Source of the DNA: Acidimicrobiia bacterium
GTDB taxonomy: Bacteria > Actinomycetota > Acidimicrobiia > Spongiisociales > ZC4RG35
Assembly: GCA_046484325.1 (NCBI GenBank)
Contig: JAWOJB010000028.1
Location: 18,269-82,268, forward strand
Length of the DNA stretch: 64,000 bases
Reading direction: 5' to 3'
Every line of letters begins with the position of its first letter. The first letter of the stretch is position 1. Below, in pieces: positions 58,081-64,000 of the stretch. The position numbers and the translations under genes were made by a program. Under the pieces are notes generated by a model. That model was given only the letters and a program-made list of their open reading frames with translations. It made no database searches and was not told the DNA's origin.

Positions 58081-59130
58081 TCACCGTCGAACGTCGCTCT
58101 CGACCCCGATCTCGGTCGCCTTGACCGCCACCCAGACCCCGGTCCCGGCCTCCAGCCCCAACTGGTCACCGGCGTCTCGGGTGATCTCGACCGTGATCGG
58201 CAGCGGCGGGCCGGTACGAAGCCGAACCCGATCTCCCAGCCGTTCGAGACGGTCGACGGTTGTCTCCCAGCAGTTGCGCGGGCTCCCCTCCGGCCGGGAG
58301 CGATGGACCGACACGGCCACGGCGGGAATGGTGACCAGCACCGGACCCTCTGTCTCCCGATCGGCGACGTGGAGCACGTGAGAGCCGACGTGGACGTCAC
58401 CGCCCGAGGCGCTGCCGACGAGGAGGTTCGCCCCCGCCAGGTCTGCGGCGTACCGGGTCTGGGGAATCAGCCGGATGTCCTCGGGACTCCCGGATTGCGT
58501 GACCGCTCCATGCTCGAGGACGTGGATCTCGTCGGCGAGGATGAACGCCTCGGCGGGGTCGTGGGTCACGAAGAGGGTGGGGATCCGGCGGCGGTGGGCC
58601 AGGTCCCTGACGAGGAGACGAAGGCGGTGCCGAACCGGCTGATCGAGGGCGTTGAACGGCTCGTCGAGGAGCAGCACCCTGGGCTCACCGGCCAGCGCCC
58701 GCGCCAGCGCGACCCGCTGGGCCTGGCCTCCGGAGAGCTGGTGGGGATGCCGGCCGGCCCAATCGTCCCCCTCGACCTCCTCGAGCCAGCGCATCGCCTC
58801 GTCCCGGCGCCGCGACCTGCTCCCGTCGCGCACGGCGAGCGCAACGTTGTCGAGGATGCTCCGATGAGGCAGCAGGAGCGAGTCCTGGAACACCATGCCC
58901 ACCCTTCGCGCCTGGGGCGGCACCCAGATCCCGGCGTCGGTGTCGACCACGGTCGCACTCTCCAGGACCACCCGACCCCGATCCGGTCTCTCGATGCCGG
59001 CAACGAGCCTCAGCGTGAGGCTCTTCCCGGCACCCGACGGTCCGACCAGGACGGAGATGCCGGGGCCCGTGTCGAGGCGGACATTGAGGCGAAACTCGCC
59101 GGCCCGGCGGACGACGTCGAGCGACAGCAT
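58081..59130 (-). CDS. modC: Molybdate ABC transporter ATP-binding protein with TOBE domain
   Basis: GPSGAGKS, LSGGQAQR, LLDEPF, C-terminal VAVKATE. Confidence 0.9.
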   Translation of the reverse strand: MLSLDVVRRAGEFRLNVRLDTGPGISVLVGPSGAGKSLTLRLVAGIERPDRGRVVLESATVVDTDAGIWVPPQARRVGMVFQDSLLLPHRSILDNVALAVRDGSRSRRRDEAMRWLEEVEGDDWAGRHPHQLSGGQAQRVALARALAGEPRVLLLDEPFNALDQPVRHRLRLLVRDLAHRRRIPTLFVTHDPAEAFILADEIHVLEHGAVTQSGSPEDIRLIPQTRYAADLAGANLLVGSASGGDVHVGSHVLHVADRETEGPVLVTIPAVAVSVHRSRPEGSPRNCWETTVDRLERLGDRVRLRTGPPLPITVEITRDAGDQLGLEAGTGVWVAVKATEIGVESDVRR

Positions 59131-59783
59131 CAACCGGGGACCCGCTCCAGGCGCCGCACCACCACCAGCACGGTCACGGCGACGGCCAGCAAGGTGAGCG
59201 CCAGGGCGCCGGCCCGGTCGTAATCGAAGGCCTGCACCGCGTCGTAGACGGCGATCGGCATGGTCTGGGTCCGGCCGGGGATGTTCCCGGCCACCATCAC
59301 GGTGGTCCCGAAGTCACCCAGCGCCCGGGCAAACGCCAGCGCCACCCCCGCCAGCAGGCCGCGACGGGCGAGCGGCAGCGTGATCTGGGCCGCCACCCGC
59401 CAGTTGGGCAGCCCCATCACCCGCCCGGCCGCCTCGTATCGGCGGTCCACCGATTCGATCGCGGCCCGGGCAGCCCGGAGGCAGAAGGGGAACGAGGCCA
59501 CCGAGGCGGCGAGCACCGCCCCCTGCCACGTGAACACGAGCGGCGATCCGAACACCGCCTCCCACGCCCGCCCGATCGGGCTGCGCCTGCCCACGGTCAC
59601 GAGCAGGTAGTAGCCGAGCACGGTCGGCGGCATCACGATCGGCGCACTGGCGATGGCGTCGAGGACCCCCCTCCCGCGGAAGCCGCCTCTCGCCAGCAGA
59701 TACCCGAGCCCGATCCCGGTCACCGCAACGATCGCCGTGGCGAAGCCCGTGACCTTGATCGACAGCCAGAGCGGATCCCACAT
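59130..59783 (-). CDS. modB: Molybdate ABC transporter permease
   Basis: PIVMPPTVLGYYLL, FARALGDFG, AGNIPGRTQTMP. Confidence 0.95.
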   Translation of the reverse strand: MWDPLWLSIKVTGFATAIVAVTGIGLGYLLARGGFRGRGVLDAIASAPIVMPPTVLGYYLLVTVGRRSPIGRAWEAVFGSPLVFTWQGAVLAASVASFPFCLRAARAAIESVDRRYEAAGRVMGLPNWRVAAQITLPLARRGLLAGVALAFARALGDFGTTVMVAGNIPGRTQTMPIAVYDAVQAFDYDRAGALALTLLAVAVTVLVVVRRLERVPG

Positions 59784-60598
59784 CAGCCCACCCCTGGTGC
59801 CTCACCGGGAAGCACGAACCCGTAGCGGACCATGACCGCCCGGCCGGCCTCCCCGTTGACGAACTCGGCGAAGGCCCGGGCTGCCTCGGTCCGATCCGGA
59901 TCGTCGGTGACGACCACCAGCGCCTGCTCCAGCGGAGCGTGCAACCCGTCGTCTATCGGTACCCACGCCCCCCGGTCGCCCGCAGCCAGCGCCAACGAGA
60001 GGGCGACCACGGCGACGTCGGCGTCGCCGGTGTCGGCGAGCCGCTGGGTGTCGGAGATGTTCTCGCCGAAGACCAGCTTCTCCGACGCCGTCTCCCACAG
60101 GCCCGACGACTCGAGCGCCTCCTTGGCGGCCAGGCCGTACGGGGCGTGCTCGGGGTTGGCGATCGCCACGAACCTGACCGTCGGGTCGGACACCACATCG
60201 TCGAGCGTGGACCACCCACGCCATCGGTCGGTGCGAGACCAGATCGTGATTCGGCCGAAGGCATAGGTCGCCTTGGTGGCGGGATCGCCCCGGCCCGATT
60301 CGAGCACCCGTTCGACGAAGGAGACGTTGGCAGAGGCATACACGTCGACCGGGGACCCTTCGATGATCCGCTGGGCGAGCTGGCCCGACGAGCCGAAGTC
60401 GAAGATCACCTCGTGACCGGTGTCCGCGGTGTACAACGCGCCGATCTCCTCGAACGCCGGCCGCAGATCCGCCGCCGCCGCCACCAGGAGCGCCCGATCA
60501 CCCGTGAGTGCCGCGTCTGCCGGCGTCCCTCCCGCCGGGGAGCATGCCGAAATGGCGAACGACAGGCCGATCATGATGGCCGGTGGTCCCCACCGCAT
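59783..60598 (-). CDS. modA: Molybdate ABC transporter substrate-binding lipoprotein
   Basis: Lipobox ISAC; AAAADL, FGSSGQL, IANPEHAPYG. Confidence 0.95.
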   Translation of the reverse strand: MRWGPPAIMIGLSFAISACSPAGGTPADAALTGDRALLVAAAADLRPAFEEIGALYTADTGHEVIFDFGSSGQLAQRIIEGSPVDVYASANVSFVERVLESGRGDPATKATYAFGRITIWSRTDRWRGWSTLDDVVSDPTVRFVAIANPEHAPYGLAAKEALESSGLWETASEKLVFGENISDTQRLADTGDADVAVVALSLALAAGDRGAWVPIDDGLHAPLEQALVVVTDDPDRTEAARAFAEFVNGEAGRAVMVRYGFVLPGEAPGVG

Positions 60599-61590
60599 CA
60601 CGCCGTCCGGCTCCCGATGCCCTCGAGGTCGTAGCCCCCCACCGCGGCCAGGCGGCGCCGAAACGCCTCACCACCGATCACGGCAAGGGCGTCCTCGACC
60701 GCCCGCTCGCCCATCCACCGCTCGTCGACCCACAGCTCGGCCTCGTGCCGGCCCAGGGGATGGAATCCCGCCCCGAACGCCACCGCCGCCGGCTCGATCG
60801 TCAGCCCGGGCACGCCGGTGCTCATCGCCTGCCGGGCGGCCGGGACGTGACCCCCCACGACCGGGCCGCGCACGCCGATCCCCACCGCCTCCACGAAGGT
60901 GCGCTGCACCATCGCCCCCGGCTCTCGCTGCACCACCGGCAACTCCCCGGCGACGACCGCCTGCCACCACGCCGAGCTCAGGCCCGGTGGGATGGCGAGG
61001 CCCACCCGCCAGGCGGTCAGCCGGAACCGCACGATCACGCCAGGAGGGGCCGGGAGGCCGCCGGTCGGGCCATGGACCACCGCTCCGTGCACCCGCCCAT
61101 CCACGAGCGCCTCGATGGCCCGGGTGCTGGAAGTCGACACGGTGACGGCCAGTGCGCCGCCCTGTCGGGCCAGGTGCTCAACCGTCTCGAGGCCGGGCTC
61201 GCATCCGGCCAGGACCACCCCGGGTCGGGAGGTGACCAACATTGATACGTGGTCTCCCTTCACCACCCCATCGGCGACATCCCAGCCGTCGGACCCGATC
61301 CGGGCCGGCGCGGTCACGACCCGGTCGCCGACCAGACCGGCTCGCACCGGCGACCCGTCGACGGGCCCCATCCCCGAGACAACGTCGACCGCCGGCAGTC
61401 GGCCACCGAAGAGGGCTCCTACGTCCGCCCCCAGCGCGGCGGCCAGGGCGAGCGCCGCATCCACCCTCGGGAGGTGCCGGCCGGCCTCCACCGCCCCGAT
61501 CAGCTGACGGCTCACCCCTGCCAGAGTCGCCAGCTCACCCTGGGTCCAGCCGGCCTCGAGCCTGGCCCTCCGGAGGCGGCCGCCCTGCAT
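60598..61590 (-). CDS. XRE helix-turn-helix regulator fused to a PBP-like (molybdate-binding) domain
   Basis: TQGELATLAGVSRQLIGAVEAG; LAGCEP, VQREPGA, AVGGYDL; first gene of the mod operon. Confidence 0.85.
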   Translation of the reverse strand: MQGGRLRRARLEAGWTQGELATLAGVSRQLIGAVEAGRHLPRVDAALALAAALGADVGALFGGRLPAVDVVSGMGPVDGSPVRAGLVGDRVVTAPARIGSDGWDVADGVVKGDHVSMLVTSRPGVVLAGCEPGLETVEHLARQGGALAVTVSTSSTRAIEALVDGRVHGAVVHGPTGGLPAPPGVIVRFRLTAWRVGLAIPPGLSSAWWQAVVAGELPVVQREPGAMVQRTFVEAVGIGVRGPVVGGHVPAARQAMSTGVPGLTIEPAAVAFGAGFHPLGRHEAELWVDERWMGERAVEDALAVIGGEAFRRRLAAVGGYDLEGIGSRTA

Positions 61591-61624
61591 GCCAGGAACC
61601 TAGCAGGGCCGCCAGTTTCCTGGC
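61591..61624. promoter_or_regulatory. Tandem palindromic operators over the mod operon promoter
   Basis: GCCAGGAACCTAGC (61591-61604) and GCCAGTTTCCTGGC (61611-61624); the first overlaps the TAGGTT -10. Confidence 0.55.
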
Positions 61625-61717
61625 TGAGAGTCGGAGCGGTCTCCCCGACGTACGCGGTAAGTCCACGGGGGCCCGGGGATCGTAGACTTCGTGCCAGATC
61701 GGACGGCGAGGACGGTG

Positions 61718-62425
61718 ATGGCGGCGAGCACCGAAGCAGGGGTCGAACCTCGGATACCACTGACCAGGGACCGGGTGCTGGACGCCGCCGTCGCCCTCGC
61801 CGACGTGCGCGGGGTCGAGTCGGTCACGATGCGCAGGCTCGCCCAGGCCCTCGGGGTGGAGGCGATGTCGCTCTATCACCACGTCGCCAACAAGGATGCG
61901 GTGATCGACGGCATGGTCGGGGTAGTCGTGGACGAGATCAACGAGGCCGTCTCGGCCGTCGACAGTCCATCGCCGGTGGACGACTGGAAGGGGACGATGC
62001 GCTCTCGGATCCTGACGGCTCGGAGCGTGCTGCTGCGTCACCCGTGGGCTCCCGGCCTGCTCGAGACCCGCACCACGATGAGCCCGGGGATCGTGCGCTA
62101 CTTCGAGTCGGTGCTGGCGGTGTTCCGGGCCGGGGGCTTCTCCTACGACCTCGCCCATCACGCCATGCATGCCCTCGGGAGTCGGGCACTCGGGTTCACC
62201 CAGGAGCTCTTCGAGCCGGACGATGCCGAAACCGGAGACCAGGCCGCCTTGGCTTTGCTGAACCAGATGGCAGCCGAGCTCCCCCACCTCGTCGGGATGA
62301 TGATGGAGATCGGCCACGACGACGCCGGCGCCACCCTGGGCTGGTGCGATGACCAAACCGAGTTCGAGTTCGGCCTCGACCTGATCCTCGATGGGCTCGA
62401 CCGTCTGCACCAGGCCGGCCGGTAG
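61718..62425 (+). CDS. TetR family regulator with TetR_C domain
   Basis: TMRRLAQALGVEAMSLYHHVANK; EFEFGLDLILDGL. Confidence 0.93.
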   Translation: MAASTEAGVEPRIPLTRDRVLDAAVALADVRGVESVTMRRLAQALGVEAMSLYHHVANKDAVIDGMVGVVVDEINEAVSAVDSPSPVDDWKGTMRSRILTARSVLLRHPWAPGLLETRTTMSPGIVRYFESVLAVFRAGGFSYDLAHHAMHALGSRALGFTQELFEPDDAETGDQAALALLNQMAAELPHLVGMMMEIGHDDAGATLGWCDDQTEFEFGLDLILDGLDRLHQAGR

Positions 62426-62484
62426 ACGTCCTGTTCGACCCGACGGCCGGCAGGCGCGACATCCTGGCGGCCGGGCAGCCACTG

Positions 62485-63498
62485 CTACCGGGCGTCGCCG
62501 GCGCGATCGGTCCGGTCATTGGCGGCATGCTTCCGGATCCATCGGTCCATGTCCGTCCAGCACCGGAGGAGCCACTCCCTCACGACCTCCCGGTCCTCCC
62601 AGCCATCCGGACGGGCCACCGCCCTGGCCTCGAGCCGGATCCGCCGGCCCTCGGGGATCGCCCGCCACAGGTCGACCAGCGAATCCAGGTCGTCGTACCC
62701 GGCATGGCCGATGAACACGACGGTCGCCTCGGGTGAGCCGGCGAGCGCGGCGTGGACGCCTCCGGGCCGAGGAAGGAGGAGATGGCGGAGCCCGGCGGCG
62801 GTGTCGGCGAGGAGGTCCTGACCGGCAGACCGGAGGCCCGCCAACGCCCGCCCGTGGCGCCCAACGGTGAAGTTGCCGCCTTCGGGAAACGAGATGAACG
62901 CTCCGCGAGGAGGCATTGCCGATCGCGACCGGACCGTCTCCAAGGTCGAGGGGTCGCCGACACCGAGGAAGACGAATCCCGCCCGAGACGCCACCACATC
63001 GAAGAACGGATCCCACAGCAGCTTCTCCTTCCCCACCGCCCTGATTTGGCGGCCCTGGCCATTCGCCAGCTCGTCCATGAGGAAGAGGGCATCCCCCGGG
63101 CCGGCGTGCCGGCTCAGCACCACCAGAGGCCGGGTGCCGGTGTCGGGGAACCTCACCTCGAGCGAGAAGTCGAGGCACCGGCGGAGGGCTGCGGTGATGG
63201 ACCGAAGCCACCAGGCGAGGAGCGACTGATGGAACGCGACGACCGTCTCGGAGTCGCCTCCCAAACGCGTCCTGACCCAAACCACGAACGCCGCGGTCAG
63301 TGCGGCGAACTCCAGCGCACAGAAGGCGACCCCGAGGCCGAGGAGTCTCGTGAAGCGCCATGACCGTTGATCGATCACGTCGAGCACGAGGGTGACCACG
63401 AACACCACGGGCGACAGAACGATCAGCACCAGCGACCCGGCCCACACCACAGGTGTCAGCAGCAGCCGGCGGACCGCCCGCGGTGGTGGGCCCATCAT
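62485..63498 (-). CDS. 1-acyl-sn-glycerol-3-phosphate acyltransferase family protein
   Basis: SRHAGPGD (HxxxxD), FPEGGNFT, LLPRPGG. Confidence 0.9.
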   Translation of the reverse strand: MMGPPPRAVRRLLLTPVVWAGSLVLIVLSPVVFVVTLVLDVIDQRSWRFTRLLGLGVAFCALEFAALTAAFVVWVRTRLGGDSETVVAFHQSLLAWWLRSITAALRRCLDFSLEVRFPDTGTRPLVVLSRHAGPGDALFLMDELANGQGRQIRAVGKEKLLWDPFFDVVASRAGFVFLGVGDPSTLETVRSRSAMPPRGAFISFPEGGNFTVGRHGRALAGLRSAGQDLLADTAAGLRHLLLPRPGGVHAALAGSPEATVVFIGHAGYDDLDSLVDLWRAIPEGRRIRLEARAVARPDGWEDREVVREWLLRCWTDMDRWIRKHAANDRTDRAGDAR

Positions 63499-63545
63499 CG
63501 CTCCTCGTCATAGCCGTCTGCGCCCGTCGATCTAGTGTGACAGCC

Positions 63546-64000
63546 ATGGCTCCCGCCGGTAGTGGCACCACGGCGTTCGTACTCGGAGGCGGGGGCCTGC
63601 GCGGGGCGGCGGAGGTGGGCATGTTGAAGGCGCTCGCCGAAGTCGGGGTCGAGCCCGGGCTGATCGTCGGGGCGTCGGTGGGCGCCTTCAACGGCGCTCT
63701 GGCGGCCTCGGTGCCACTGGGCGCCGCGGTACGGAGGCTCGAGATGGCGTGGCGCTCCCCCGAGTTCCGGGCCCTCTTCTCCGAGAGCATGCTCGAGCGG
63801 GCAATGAACGTGGTCCGCCACCGCACCTACCTCCACTCCAACCAGCCACTGCGAGAGCTGCTGAACCACTGGGCACCGGCAACGTTGATCGAAGACCTCG
63901 GAGTGCGGTTCCAGTGCGTGGCGGCACGGATCGAGACCTCTTCGGAGGTCTGGTTCGAGCGGGGACCGCTGGTCGACGCCGTGCTCGCCTCGTCGGCCGT
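63546..64000 (+). CDS. Patatin-like phospholipase, 3' partial
   Basis: AFVLGGGGLRG and GASVG (GxSxG); runs off the window end. Confidence 0.92.
   Translation, partial: MAPAGSGTTAFVLGGGGLRGAAEVGMLKALAEVGVEPGLIVGASVGAFNGALAASVPLGAAVRRLEMAWRSPEFRALFSESMLERAMNVVRHRTYLHSNQPLRELLNHWAPATLIEDLGVRFQCVAARIETSSEVWFERGPLVDAVLASSA

Overview
GC-rich actinobacterial chromosomal DNA; gene content and protein style suggest Acidimicrobiia (inference). About 55 mostly housekeeping or metabolic genes: lipid/aromatic catabolic enzymes, a PabB-PabC fusion, a DrrAB-type exporter, a cobalamin-riboswitch-controlled btuFCD-cobO operon, an OmpR/kinase/HtrA module, acetoacetate-CoA ligase, malic enzyme, an AmmeMemoRadiSam locus with a decayed amrA, crcB-crcB-DUF190, Glu dehydrogenase, a cyclase-STAND-TPR protein divergent from an OmpA-domain lipoprotein, a GcvT-family oxidoreductase, pgi/zwf, lactate permease, secDF and modABC with an XRE-PBP regulator. 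No rRNA, tRNA, CRISPR, transposase or phage genes were seen. The best leads are an uncharacterised three-domain protein with an H-Y-E ADP-ribosyltransferase-like core (53229-54341), two families of dispersed short palindromic repeats, a direct-repeat box shared by the htrA and kinase promoters, a Cwh43-like membrane/EEP fusion and several pseudogene remnants. All calls come from reading motifs by eye; no database searches were run.
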